Source of the DNA: Terriglobia bacterium
Lineage (GTDB): Bacteria > Acidobacteriota > Terriglobia > 20CM-2-55-15
Direction of reading: 5' to 3'
Length of the DNA stretch: 64,000 bases
NCBI GenBank assembly: GCA_965198225.1
Contig: CBDAOY010000004.1
Span: 160,001 to 224,000, forward strand
This document shows, one piece after another, positions 1 through 9,914 of this stretch. The position numbers and the translations under genes were made by a program. The notes below the pieces were generated by a model. It ran no database searches. It had not been told where the DNA came from and saw only the letters and a program-made list of their open reading frames with translations. How positions within the stretch are numbered: position 1 is the first letter of the stretch; every line of letters starts with the position of its first letter.

Positions 1-2
1 AC

Positions 3-1373
3 CATCAAGGTCGCCGGCACCTGGGCTCCGTCATGGCGGCTCGGAAAATAAACCGGAACCGGTGTGGTCAAGTCGGCTTTGTCCAATCCCGCCGGCATCG
101 AATCACTCAGCCGGACCGACCTGGCACTGGCTCGCGCAGGCGCGGTGTAGAGATCGAGAGAGTTCTGGGGGTCCGTGCGTTGATAGAGAATGTTTGCTCC
201 GTCCGGAGAGAAAAACGGGCTGAGGTTGACGCCACTGTTTGCGATGACAGTCTCGCTGTTGCCGGTCGCCAGGTCGACGATGTCAATGAATCGCACCATC
301 TGGTTGCCGTCCACGCTGTGCTGGTAGGCGACCCGCTCGCTGTCGGGCGACCAGTTCGGCAGGCCGGCACCATAGTTGCCCGAGGTCAGCTGTCGGGCCT
401 CGTTTTCGGATTCGGCGTCGACCGGCATCATATAAACGTGAGTCCAGCCGGAACGATCGCTGACGAAAGCCACGGATCTTCCGTCCGGGGAAACGACGGT
501 TCGGTCAACACGGCGGGTCGGAGACCACCATCGATCGTCGTAATCCTTCCAGAGCGTGTTTGGTGCGCCGTCCATCGGGGCGACCTTGATTTCGCGGGTC
601 TTTCCGTCAGATGACCGCTCCTGGTACAGAACCGAGCCGTCGCTGGTGAACTGCACCGCGCTGATTCTTCCGATCGTCGGAATCCACCGGACATCGCCGC
701 CGAACACGGAGACGACGCCGAGCCGGCGCTCGCCGCTGGGGTTCGAGGTCCGGAACGAACGAATCAAGTTGCCGTTGAACGGCAGTGGGAAGGACTCCGG
801 TAACGAAGTCCGGCGGGTTGTCGTGAAGGCGATCCACCGCCCGTCGGGCGAGAACACGGGGTTACCGGCCCGCATACCTTCGGGCAGGACGGTTACCTGA
901 CGCCTTGTCTTTGCTCCAAGCGATGCGAACCAGATGTCGCCGCCCTGGACGAACGCGATCTGCGTTCTGTCGCGTGACAGCGTGAAGTTCCCCGCATCCG
1001 CCAGCCCGGGATAACGCATCGGTTCCGCCGAAGACGGCGATACTGTCCAGAGCTGCCCGTCTTTCGAGAACAGGATCTCGGTGGCAGAGACCCACGCGAG
1101 CGAATCGATGTCGGAAACCAGCAGATCCGGATCCAACGGAAAGTCGGTCAGTGCCACGGGCATCTGACCCGGTGTCACGACAAATAGATCCTGCTTTCCC
1201 CAGGAATCCCAGAGAAACGCAACCATCTTCCCGTCGGGCGACCAGGCCTGGCTCGACGGGTACTTGATTTCGGAAATGCGCTCAATCGTGATGCTTCCCC
1301 GAGGGGTCTGCGCGGTCGCGACCAACGCGAAGCAGGTCACCATCAGGGAACACGCAATCAGTCTCTTTACCAT
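3..1373 (-). CDS. S9-family peptidase-like protein with N-terminal TolB/DPP-IV beta-propeller (3' end outside window)
   Basis: Read by hand at both ends, not in ORF track: MVKRLIACSLMVTCFALVATAQ signal peptide, AWSPDGKMVAF PD40 motif, and PVPVYFPSRHDGAQVPATLM (typical entry to the S9 catalytic domain) at the window edge. Confidence 0.75.
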   Translation of the reverse strand, partial: MVKRLIACSLMVTCFALVATAQTPRGSITIERISEIKYPSSQAWSPDGKMVAFLWDSWGKQDLFVVTPGQMPVALTDFPLDPDLLVSDIDSLAWVSATEILFSKDGQLWTVSPSSAEPMRYPGLADAGNFTLSRDRTQIAFVQGGDIWFASLGAKTRRQVTVLPEGMRAGNPVFSPDGRWIAFTTTRRTSLPESFPLPFNGNLIRSFRTSNPSGERRLGVVSVFGGDVRWIPTIGRISAVQFTSDGSVLYQERSSDGKTREIKVAPMDGAPNTLWKDYDDRWWSPTRRVDRTVVSPDGRSVAFVSDRSGWTHVYMMPVDAESENEARQLTSGNYGAGLPNWSPDSERVAYQHSVDGNQMVRFIDIVDLATGNSETVIANSGVNLSPFFSPDGANILYQRTDPQNSLDLYTAPARASARSVRLSDSMPAGLDKADLTTPVPVYFPSRHDGAQVPATLM

Positions 1374-1535
1374 CGGGCTACCCCTCCCCATGCACGTGAC
1401 TCAATTGTCGGAGAACGAATTGCCGAGATTATCGTCTTCCTGCATCCTTTTCATCAACAAGAACCGACACTGTTTCTTATACCCCATCCGAGGTTATTTC
1501 TGACTCCGGACACCAGCCCGCAGTGGTAGACTCCG

Positions 1536-2795
1536 ATGACACATATTCAGAAATGGAGGTTCGACCAGATGATGTGGAATCCCCTTTCCCTTCGAACGAT
1601 GGCTTGCGTGCTGGTTTTCGGCCTGGTGACGTCTCTGCCGGCGCTGTCGCAGGACTCCGACGACGAGGACGCTCTTCCACCGGGAGTCTACGAGTCGTCC
1701 CGGCACAATTTCCGGCTCGTGACTCTGGCGGAGGGATTGGACAACCCCTGGTCGCTCGCCTGGCTGCCGAGCGGTGAGATGCTCCTCGTGGAGCGGACCG
1801 GCCGTCTGAGGATCATGCGTGACGACAAGCTCGATCCGGAGCCCATATCCGGCTGGCCGAGTGTTTACAAGGAGCAGGGTCAGGGCGGGTTCATGGACAT
1901 CGTTCCGCATCCGGACTTTGCCAACAACCGTCTGCTCTACCTCGTATACGGAAAGCCGAACGCGGACGGCTCCGAGGGTACGACCACCGTCGTCCGGGGG
2001 CGCCTGGAGGGTAAGCGAGTCGTCGACGTCGAGGAGATCTTCGAGTCGGACGCCTGGGGCGGCAACAACAACCACTTTTCAGGACGTATGATCTTTGACC
2101 ACGACGGCTACCTGTTCCTAACGGTGGGCGACCGCCTGGTCACTCCCGACGAGATGTGGGACCACCCGGCACAGGACCTGACGAACCACATGGGCACCAT
2201 CGTCCGCCTCTATGACGACGGCCAGGTCCCGCCGGACAACCCCTTCGTCGGCCTCCCCGACGCCCGTCCCGAAATCTGGACGTACGGGCACCGGAACCTG
2301 CAGGGGCTTGCGCTGCATCCGGACACAGGAGAGGTCTGGTCGAACGAACACGGGCCTAGAGGTGGCGATGAGTTGAACCTCATTGTCCGCGGAGGCAACT
2401 ATGGCTGGCCTGTAGTTTCATACGGGATCCACTACAGCGGCGAGGTCTTTACGAGGGAGGTGGACCGGGAGGGGATGGAATCGGCCCGCTTCGCCTGGAT
2501 TCCCTCCATCGGCATCTCCGGGTTGATGATCTATACCGGCGATCAGTTCCCGTGGTGGAAGGGCAATGCGTTCTCGGGCGGCATGGCCGGCGAGCAGCTC
2601 TCGCGGGTCACCCTCGAGGAGGGAGATGCCGTGAGCGCGGAGGCGCTCCTCCCCGGCGTCCTGGGTCGGATCCGGGAAGTCAAACAGGGTCCGGATGGTT
2701 TCATCTACCTGACGAGCGACAACCGAGAAGGTGATCGCTTGTCGAAGATCTTCAGGCTGGAGCCCGTCGCAGGAGAAGTGCAGCCTCCGGGCTAG
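1536..2795 (+). CDS. PQQ-dependent sugar dehydrogenase (GSDH/YliI-like)
   Basis: GLDNPWSLAWLP, VPPDNPF, EIWTYGHRNLQG, EHGPRGGDELN, GGNYGWP motifs; signal peptide; true start may be a slightly later Met. Confidence 0.9.
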   Translation: MTHIQKWRFDQMMWNPLSLRTMACVLVFGLVTSLPALSQDSDDEDALPPGVYESSRHNFRLVTLAEGLDNPWSLAWLPSGEMLLVERTGRLRIMRDDKLDPEPISGWPSVYKEQGQGGFMDIVPHPDFANNRLLYLVYGKPNADGSEGTTTVVRGRLEGKRVVDVEEIFESDAWGGNNNHFSGRMIFDHDGYLFLTVGDRLVTPDEMWDHPAQDLTNHMGTIVRLYDDGQVPPDNPFVGLPDARPEIWTYGHRNLQGLALHPDTGEVWSNEHGPRGGDELNLIVRGGNYGWPVVSYGIHYSGEVFTREVDREGMESARFAWIPSIGISGLMIYTGDQFPWWKGNAFSGGMAGEQLSRVTLEEGDAVSAEALLPGVLGRIREVKQGPDGFIYLTSDNREGDRLSKIFRLEPVAGEVQPPG

Positions 2796-2835
2796 TGGCC
2801 TGTAACAGAGACAGTGACAGCGTCGCCGATGGGCC
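2792..2835 (+). mobile_element. Lone degenerate left end of the CTAG-TGGCCTGTAAC MITE
   Basis: ctagtggcctgtaacagaga...tcgccgatggg aligns with the start of the copies at 6638 and 24960; its CTAG contains the GSDH stop codon. Confidence 0.7.
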
Positions 2836-2885
2836 TTCCTCTGGGAGCTCGGCCGTAGTCTGTAAGTGCCACGGTAGTTTGACGA

Positions 2886-2957
2886 GGTGTAGGTGCGGTC
2901 TATGACCGCACATTCTTCGAGCCGAAACGAGGTGCGCTCATAGAGCGCACCTACACC
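2886..2957 (+). repeat. GTAG-REP doublet (REPIN/BIME-like) locus 1
   Basis: GTAG-GTGCGGTC-TAT-GACCGCAC, 20-nt linker, inverted GTGCGCTC-ATA-GAGCGCAC-CTAC; between convergent genes. Confidence 0.9.
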
Positions 2958-2999
2958 CGATCCTAAAGTCTCGCGATTTCGCGGTTCCTCTCCATCACC

Positions 3000-4057
3000 C
3001 TAGGGCCTGACCCGGACATACTTGACTAATCGCTGGCGACCGACTTCTCCGGCGTAAATGTTGCCCCGGAAATCCACCCCGAGGAACTCCACGCCGGTAC
3101 CGGTCGGCGCCTCGGAGTCGGGGATGAAGGCGGTGACCCACCCGGTTTGGACGTCTCCGATTCGGATGCCCCGCTCCCATCCGGGATTCCACCGTTCACC
3201 CGACATCCCGTCGCCCGCGTAGATCGTGTCGCTGCCATCGACGAAGACCGTGCTCGGCCGACCGAACTGCGTCCACACCTTGAGCAGGTTGCCTTCCTGA
3301 TCGAAGATCTGAATTCGATTGTTTCCGCGATCCGCGACGATGATCCGTCCCTGGGAATCCATGGTGATGTCGTGCGGATCGTTGAACTTTCCCGGATCCC
3401 CGCTGACGGATTCCACACCGCCTCCGACCTCCAGCAGAAACTCCCCGTTTTTCGAGAACTTGACAATGCGGTTGTTGCCCCCGCGGTGCCCGTCCGTCAC
3501 CCAGATTTCCCCGTTCGGGGCGATGACGACACCGGACGGTCCGTTGAAGTGTTTCGGGTCGTATCCGGAGACTCCTGCCTCGCCCATGGTCATCACCACT
3601 TCTCCATCCTGGTTCAGTTTGAAAACCTGGTGCCCCATGCCTCGCCGAATCCCCTCCACCTCGCGGGGGTCCCCGGCCGGCGCGCCCTCCGTCACCCACA
3701 GGTATCCTTCATGGTCCAGGTAGAAACCGTGTGGAAACGAGAAGAGCCCTTCGCCAAAGCTCTTCACCAGGGTTCCAGGGTTCCGTCCAGATCGAACTTC
3801 AAGACCGGATCCTGGCTCGAACCCGCACAGTGGTTCGCGCCACATCTCGACAACATCCAGATGTGGTCGCCGTCGGGATCGGGGAAGACGCCGCTCGTTA
3901 CCCCGATCCTCCAACCGTTGGGCAGCTTCTCCCAGCCGTGGACGGCGTGATACGGGTTGTTGGCCACGGATTGAGCCTGAAGCCCTCCGCCCCATATCAC
4001 GACCGCCGCGGCGAAGCTGAACACGACTATCGATCCAACCCGAGCGACAGGTGACAT
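3000..4057 (-). pseudogene. Secreted NHL-repeat / PAL-like beta-propeller protein, frameshifted
   Basis: N-terminal ORF 3764..4057 (signal peptide ...KFDLDGTL) continues as VKSFGEG...FNDPHDI..VADRGNNRIQIFD in another frame; tandem ccagggtt x2 at 3767-3782. Confidence 0.85.
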
Positions 4058-4146
4058 CTCATCCTCCTTTTGAAAACCCCTCTTTATACTGCGACTCGCC
4101 CTCTGCCGCCAGACTTTGTAGAATCTCTTTAGAAAGGAAGCATTCC

Positions 4147-4275
4147 ATGAACATTCTCAAGGCGATGATCATGATGGCGGCGATGTCGCTCGCAGCATGT
4201 ATCTCCGACCCGGTGCCGGTGGGCCTGGATGAGCGCGCAAGCCGGCTAAAACGGAGGTGTAGGTGCGGTCTATAA
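4147..4275 (+). pseudogene. Truncated lipoprotein gene start running into a REP cluster
   Basis: aaagga SD, then MNILKAMIMMAAMSLAAC (lipobox LAAC); the frame ends inside the REP. Confidence 0.45.
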
Positions 4276-4376
4276 CCGCGTTCTTCGAACCGAAACATGT
4301 GCGCTCGTGTAGGTGCGGTCTATGACCGCACGTTCTTCGAACCGAAACATGTGGGCTCATAGAGCGCCCCTACACC
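4256..4376 (+). repeat. GTAG-REP doublet locus 2 (partial tandem duplication)
   Basis: One truncated unit followed directly by a complete unit with the same linker gttcttcgaaccgaaacat. Confidence 0.9.
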
Positions 4377-4408
4377 CGATGCTGTAATTAGATCCGGCGC
4401 AGGCTGCG

Positions 4409-4437
4409 TTGACCTCAAGTATCGCCTCCGGTAGAAT
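4409..4437 (+). promoter_or_regulatory. Putative sigma70 promoter of the symporter operon
   Basis: TTGACC-N17-TAGAAT, 28 nt before the ATG at 4466. Confidence 0.6.
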
Positions 4438-4465
4438 CGCTGCTCTTTAGCTGCTAGCCACCCAC

Positions 4466-4783
4466 ATGAGCTCTGAACACCCATCGACTGGGCCCAGCGC
4501 CGAAACACTGCTCCAACGGTACTGGCGTCGCAACGTCCGCATCATGGTCATCCTGCTCTTTGCTTGGGCTGCGGTCGGACTGGGGGCCGGTGTCCTCTTT
4601 GCCGACCGCCTGAACGCCTACACGATTCCCGGAACCGGATTCCCTCTTGGCTTCTGGTTTGCGCAGCAGGGCAGCATCATCGCGTTTGTCCTCCTTATCC
4701 TGGTCTACTGCCTTTTGATGAATCGGCTTGACGCGCAGCACCACGTGGAGATACAGCAGAGCCGCGATGGAGATGCCGGGTGA
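4466..4783 (+). CDS. DUF4212 small membrane subunit of solute symporter
   Basis: YWRRN...GFPLGFWFAQQGSI signature; overlaps the next gene. Confidence 0.9.
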   Translation: MSSEHPSTGPSAETLLQRYWRRNVRIMVILLFAWAAVGLGAGVLFADRLNAYTIPGTGFPLGFWFAQQGSIIAFVLLILVYCLLMNRLDAQHHVEIQQSRDGDAG

Positions 4784-6630
4784 GCGTACAGGCCTGGACG
4801 TATCTCTTCGTCGGACTCACCTTCGGCCTCTACCTGACGATCGCCTGGCTGAGCCGTGTCCGCGACACGAAGGGGTTCTACGTCGCCGGACGGGGTGTGC
4901 CTTCCGGCGCGAACGGGATGGCGACCGCGGCAGACTGGATGAGCGCGGCATCCTACATTTCGATGGCGGGGTTGATCTCGACCATGGGATATGCGGGAGG
5001 CGTTTACCTCATGGGCTGGACCGGAGGGTTCGTCCTGTTGGCTCTCCTGATCGCGCCGTATCTCAGAAAGTTCGGGCACTATACGGTGCCGGATTTCATC
5101 GGCGACCGGTATGAGTCCAACGTGGCCCGGATCGTTGCGGTGATCTGTGCGATCTTCGTCTCGTTCACCTACGTCACCGGACAGATGCGCGGTGTCGGCG
5201 TGGTCTTCAGCCGTTTCCTCGAGGTGGATATCAACGTCGGTGTCTTCATCGGCATGGCGATTGTCTTTGTGTACGCCACGCTTGGCGGTATGAAAGGGAT
5301 CACCTGGACCCAGGTCGTCCAATACTGGATCCTGATCACGGCTTTCCTCATACCCGCGATCGCAATCAGCATCCGACTGACCGGGAATCTCTTGCCGCAG
5401 GTGGGTCTCGGAGGTGAACTGGTTGGCGCGGCCGATGGTTCCGGAGTCTACCTGCTGGAACGCCTGAATCAGATCCAGACCGATCTGGGCTTTGCTGCCT
5501 ACACCGACACATTCGTCGGCGGGTGGGACAAGGTCAACGTCTTCCTCGTCACTCTGGCGCTGATGGTCGGTACCGCGGGATTGCCGCACGTGATCGTCCG
5601 CTTCTACACGGTGAAGTCGGTCAAGGCCGCGCGATGGAGTGCGTTCTGGGCGCTGTTCTTCATCTCGATGCTCTACCTCACGGCGCCGGCGACCGCGGCG
5701 TTCGCCCGCTATTTCATGATCGACAGCCTGAATGGCCAAACCGCCGAGGAGTTGCCCGAGTGGTTCGAGAACTGGGAGCGGACCGGCCTGATTCTCTGGC
5801 TGGACGACGGCGACGGCAGGTTCCGGTATGCCGAGGGCGAAGACAACGAAGTGTTTCGAAACGGGACGTTGGCCGCGGCGGAATTGGCTTCTATCAGAGC
5901 GGCTCACCAGCAATGGCTGGATACCAGCGGCGCGGCCGGCGACGACGGCCGGATCGCATTGAGGAGTGCCGGCTTGTCGGGGCCGGATCGGGACATCATC
6001 GTCCTGGCGACGCCTGAAATGGCCGGGCTGGCCAACTGGATTATTGCTCTGGTTGCGGCCGGGGGGCTTGCCGCGGCGCTCTCGACCGCCAGCGGCCTCC
6101 TGCTTGTGATGTCGTCCAGCGTCGCCCACGACCTCTATTTCCGAATCCTCCGGCCGGGCGCCGACGAAGCCCAACGGCTTCGGGTGGGACGTGCGGTCAT
6201 CGGCGTCGCCGTCGTCATCGCCGGGATTTTCGGCATCTATCCACTCGGTTTCGTCAGTCAGGTCGTTGCGTTTGCTTTCGGGCTGGCTGCCGCCAGCTTC
6301 TTCCCGGCCATCGTTCTGGGTATCTTCAGCAAACGCGTGGGAACCGTGCCGGCCGTTGCGGGAATGATCACCGGGATTTCCTTTACGGCCTTCTACATCA
6401 TCGCGACAGTTTTCTTTGGAATGGACCGCTGGACCTTTGGATTGCTCCCGGTCGGGATCGATCCCCAGGGGATCGGGACAGTTGGCATGGTCTTGAACTT
6501 CGCTGTCACTCTTGGACTCACCAGGTTTTTCCCGCCCCCGAGCGCGGCGACACGGGAACTGGTCGACCAAATCCGGGAGCCGGAAGACGTGGGCGCCGCA
6601 GTGCAGATCGAAACCGCGCCCTGGCATTGA
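4780..6630 (+). CDS. Sodium:solute symporter, ActP-like (VC_2705-type)
   Basis: NGMATAADWMSAAS, GTAGLPHVIVRFYTV, AAGGLAAALSTASGLL; many TM helices. Confidence 0.92.
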   Translation: MSVQAWTYLFVGLTFGLYLTIAWLSRVRDTKGFYVAGRGVPSGANGMATAADWMSAASYISMAGLISTMGYAGGVYLMGWTGGFVLLALLIAPYLRKFGHYTVPDFIGDRYESNVARIVAVICAIFVSFTYVTGQMRGVGVVFSRFLEVDINVGVFIGMAIVFVYATLGGMKGITWTQVVQYWILITAFLIPAIAISIRLTGNLLPQVGLGGELVGAADGSGVYLLERLNQIQTDLGFAAYTDTFVGGWDKVNVFLVTLALMVGTAGLPHVIVRFYTVKSVKAARWSAFWALFFISMLYLTAPATAAFARYFMIDSLNGQTAEELPEWFENWERTGLILWLDDGDGRFRYAEGEDNEVFRNGTLAAAELASIRAAHQQWLDTSGAAGDDGRIALRSAGLSGPDRDIIVLATPEMAGLANWIIALVAAGGLAAALSTASGLLLVMSSSVAHDLYFRILRPGADEAQRLRVGRAVIGVAVVIAGIFGIYPLGFVSQVVAFAFGLAAASFFPAIVLGIFSKRVGTVPAVAGMITGISFTAFYIIATVFFGMDRWTFGLLPVGIDPQGIGTVGMVLNFAVTLGLTRFFPPPSAATRELVDQIREPEDVGAAVQIETAPWH

Positions 6631-6637
6631 CTTGTAT

Positions 6638-6915
6638 CTAGTGGCCTGTAACGGAGAGATCGGCACCATCGCCGATGGGTCTTGCCAGTCGAGGTCGAGG
6701 AGAGAGGAGGAATTGATGCGGTTTCATCATGACGACGAACGACAAAGAGATCGACGGCAACCCCCATCGGCCCGGAGGGTTGCGGCGGAACGGTCGGGTC
6801 TTCGTTGCCGCTACCATTTCATTGTAAGACCCGCTTCTCACGGGTTGTCGGCTCCTAGAATCCGGTGCCGTTCCACCGCAACGCTGGCACCGATATCTCC
6901 GTTACAGGCCACTAG
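6638..6915. mobile_element. MITE copy 1 (~278 bp)
   Basis: ctagtggcctgtaacggagagatcgg ... ccgatatctccgttacaggccactag terminal inverted repeats; near-identical to 24960..25234; no transposase. Confidence 0.88.
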
Positions 6916-6924
6916 GAGAACGTC

Positions 6925-8520
6925 ATGAAGCGAGCGGCGATGGGATTCAAGTTGTCACCGGCATTTGTCTTCGTCTTCGTCGGGTCTGTGTTGGCGACCT
7001 GGCTGACGGCGTGTGAACCCGGCCAACAGGAGGGCGCCGATGGCGCGTCGCCGGCCGGTTCCGCGGCGATTGCACCCGAAGACAGGCTGGCGGCACCGGA
7101 TGTCGAGCAATGGGCCGATGAGACCTTCGGACAGATCCTCGCGGAGCACCGGGTTTCCGCCCTGGCCATTGCCGTCACGCAGGGCGATGAGGTGATCCTG
7201 ACCAAGGGATACGGATATGCGGACTGGGCCACGAAAACGCCGGTGGATCCGGACGTGTCGCAGTTTCGCATCGGGTCGCTGAGCAAGACTTTTCTGGCCA
7301 CTGCCATCGCCCAACTCCTGGAACGCGGCCGGATCGACTCGCTGGACGATCCCGTCAACAAGTATCTGACGCGCACTCAGCTGGAGAACCCATTCGGCCG
7401 CGACATCACCATTTGGGATCTGTTGACACACCAGGGCGGCCTCGGCAGTGCACCCGTCTTCATTCCTGAATCCGATGGTCCGAGGCCGGTGGCGCTGTTG
7501 CCGGCCGATTACGTCGCCGCCCACACTCCGGACGTCGTGCGAGAACCGGGCATATTCTCGACTTACTGCAATCCCTGCAGCGCCACGCTCGGATTCATGG
7601 TGGAAGACATCACGGGCCGGACTCTAGAAGACTTTTTGCGGGAGAACGTCTACGCGCCTCTGGGCATGACCCACACAACGCTCACGAACGCACCCGGGCC
7701 CGGCCCGAACATGGTGACACAGTATGCGTTCGTTCCCGACGGGCCGCCGGTTGCCCTGCCCTATCCGGCCATCTCGCCCTATATCTCCTATGCCGGTGAT
7801 GTCAATTCGACGGCAGGGGACATGGCAAAATGGCTCATCGCCCACATCCAGGAAGGCCGCGGCACCGGACCGGCGATCATGTCCCCGGCAACGTTCCAGC
7901 TGATGCACACCCGTCACCGGGGCAATCATCCCGACATGAGCGGTTTCGGTATGAAGTTCTTCACCTATGACTACAATGGCGAACGCGTCCTGGAGCACTA
8001 TGGGAGCATTCGGTTCAGGTCCATGGAATTCATGATGCTCGACAAGAGAATCGGTGTGTTCGTGACCATGGGGGGCGGAGGGCAGCCGAATGCAGCCTCG
8101 CTGGCCGCGGCGGACACCTCGCTACCGGCCATCACCGGCCCGGTGGAGCCCGCGTTGTCCCACAGCGGCGTGCGTGCCGTGATCCTCGAGCATTTCCTGG
8201 GCCCGCTTCCTTTCGAGAGCGATATGGAGGTCGACCTGAGTCGGTATACGGGTCAGTACCTGTATATTCCGACCAACCCCGACATTGCATCGACGCGGCC
8301 GGGCCGCATGGTCGAGGACAGCGGTGACGGTGGTCTGGTGATCGGCGGAATTGGGGTGTATCGCCCGTCGGGGCCGGATACGTTCACGCTCGACGGAGCA
8401 TTGCCGCTGGAGGCCGGGTTCAGGGACTCCAACAAGTATGTATTTGCCACGGGGCCCGACGGCCTCACCCGGATGTTCGCTCACGTCAATGCAGGCGGCT
8501 TTGAGAGGGTCAGGGACTGA
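6925..8520 (+). CDS. Serine hydrolase (class C beta-lactamase/AmpC-like family), probable lipoprotein
   Basis: FRIGSLSK (SxxK), LLTHQGG, YCN (YxN), PLGMTHT, HYG; lipobox LTAC. Confidence 0.88.
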   Translation: MKRAAMGFKLSPAFVFVFVGSVLATWLTACEPGQQEGADGASPAGSAAIAPEDRLAAPDVEQWADETFGQILAEHRVSALAIAVTQGDEVILTKGYGYADWATKTPVDPDVSQFRIGSLSKTFLATAIAQLLERGRIDSLDDPVNKYLTRTQLENPFGRDITIWDLLTHQGGLGSAPVFIPESDGPRPVALLPADYVAAHTPDVVREPGIFSTYCNPCSATLGFMVEDITGRTLEDFLRENVYAPLGMTHTTLTNAPGPGPNMVTQYAFVPDGPPVALPYPAISPYISYAGDVNSTAGDMAKWLIAHIQEGRGTGPAIMSPATFQLMHTRHRGNHPDMSGFGMKFFTYDYNGERVLEHYGSIRFRSMEFMMLDKRIGVFVTMGGGGQPNAASLAAADTSLPAITGPVEPALSHSGVRAVILEHFLGPLPFESDMEVDLSRYTGQYLYIPTNPDIASTRPGRMVEDSGDGGLVIGGIGVYRPSGPDTFTLDGALPLEAGFRDSNKYVFATGPDGLTRMFAHVNAGGFERVRD

Positions 8521-8631
8521 CATCAACTTGTCGTTCGGAAGAAGACTCAGGAGCGGCCAGTGCCGCAGTTTCGCAGACGTGGCGATTCTAACCGGAACGT
8601 CGGTAGTGATACCAAGTCCGGAGGAGGTTTC

Positions 8632-9639
8632 ATGAAGCGATCGACTCTTTTCGTGGCCGCGATCCTCGTTTTCGCGGTCAGGATGGCACCTGCTCAGGAT
8701 ACCGTCGCCGCGCACGTAGAGGTCGCGAAGGCTGCAGCGGCCGAGGACCACAAAGCGCTCTTCGAGCGCTTGTGTGCTGCTCCGGAGCCGGTTGTGGCAA
8801 CTCGAGGGGCTGCTGTGCCCGCCGCCGCTCGATCAACGGCTCCGCCGGACCGTGCACTGTGGCACGCGGATCCTGTCAAGGTCTTCGACAATCTCTACTA
8901 CGTCGGGCAGACGGCATACTCGGCCTGGGCGGTTACCACGTCCGGCGGGATCATCATCATCGACCCGATCTTTGACTATTCGGTTGAAGACGAGGTTGTG
9001 AATGGTCTCACGGCTTCAGGGTTCGATCCGCAGACGATCGAGTACGTCATCGTCAGCCACGGTCACAGAGACCATGCGGGCGGTGCGAGATACCTGCAGG
9101 ATCGGTTCGGTGCACGGGTCATTATGGGGGCAGCGGACTGGGACCTGGTCGAACGCAGTAGAGGCGCGTGGCCGAAACCCAGCCGCGACATCGTGGCGAC
9201 TGATGGGCAGAAGCTGACCCTCGGTGACACAACGCTGACCTTGTTCTTAACACCCGGTCACACACTGGGCACCATTTCGACGATCATTCCGCTGAAAGAC
9301 GGTGAGGCGTCGCACATGGCCGCTCTCTGGGGCGGCACAGCGTTCAACTGGCTCCGGAGCAGGGAAGCGTACATCACGCCGGACAGACCCGACAGCTTCT
9401 GGTTCACCTCATACAGCAGCTCCGCCCGGCGGTTTCGCGACGTTGCAGCAACGGTGAACGCCGACGTACTCCTGTCCAACCACCCGACATACGATGGGTC
9501 GACAACGAAATTGTCCGCCATGTCGAAGCGAAGGCCCGGTGAGGCTCATCCCTACGTGATCGGCAGCGAAAGTGTGCGACGGTTTCTGACGGTTGCCGAC
9601 GAGTGTGCCAAGGCCGGTCTGTTTCGGATTGGACAGTAG
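8632..9639 (+). CDS. Secreted metallo-beta-lactamase-fold hydrolase (B3-like)
   Basis: ggagg SD before MKRSTLF; PVKVFDNLYYVG, SHGHRDH, TPGHT, LSNH. Confidence 0.88.
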   Translation: MKRSTLFVAAILVFAVRMAPAQDTVAAHVEVAKAAAAEDHKALFERLCAAPEPVVATRGAAVPAAARSTAPPDRALWHADPVKVFDNLYYVGQTAYSAWAVTTSGGIIIIDPIFDYSVEDEVVNGLTASGFDPQTIEYVIVSHGHRDHAGGARYLQDRFGARVIMGAADWDLVERSRGAWPKPSRDIVATDGQKLTLGDTTLTLFLTPGHTLGTISTIIPLKDGEASHMAALWGGTAFNWLRSREAYITPDRPDSFWFTSYSSSARRFRDVAATVNADVLLSNHPTYDGSTTKLSAMSKRRPGEAHPYVIGSESVRRFLTVADECAKAGLFRIGQ

Positions 9640-9712
9640 AGTCTGATCAACCCGTCTTGTTGGAAGCCAACTCGCCGCGGATGCGGGGAAGGGCGTTTTT
9701 GAGAACTGAGGA

Positions 9713-9872
9713 GGTGTAGGTGCGGTCTATGACCGCACATTCTTCGAGCCGAAACGATGTGCGCTCATAGAAGGTGTGAACGATCATAGAGCGCGAACGT
9801 GTAGGTGCGGTCTATGATCGCACAACTCTCGAATCCGCGTCCATTTGTGCGCTCATAGAGCGCACCTACACC
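9713..9872 (+). repeat. GTAG-REP doublet locus 3 (two units, first disrupted)
   Basis: Two GTAGGTGCGGTCTATGA starts and a final GTGCGCTCATAGAGCGCACCTACACC; between convergent genes. Confidence 0.9.
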
Positions 9873-9914
9873 CGATCCTGAAGTTTTGGACGGCAATGCC
9901 GCGCCCACCCGCAA

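Noticed and set aside
4705-6669. Long antisense or alternate-frame ORFs (e.g. 4705..6669, 43305..44600, 30718..31944, 33..614)
   Set aside because: Shadow frames of recognisable genes in GC-rich DNA.
6717-6928. Small ORF MRFHHDDERQ... inside the MITE behind a gaggagg SD
   Set aside because: It has no common stop in the two copies and runs into flanking DNA; no recognisable protein features.
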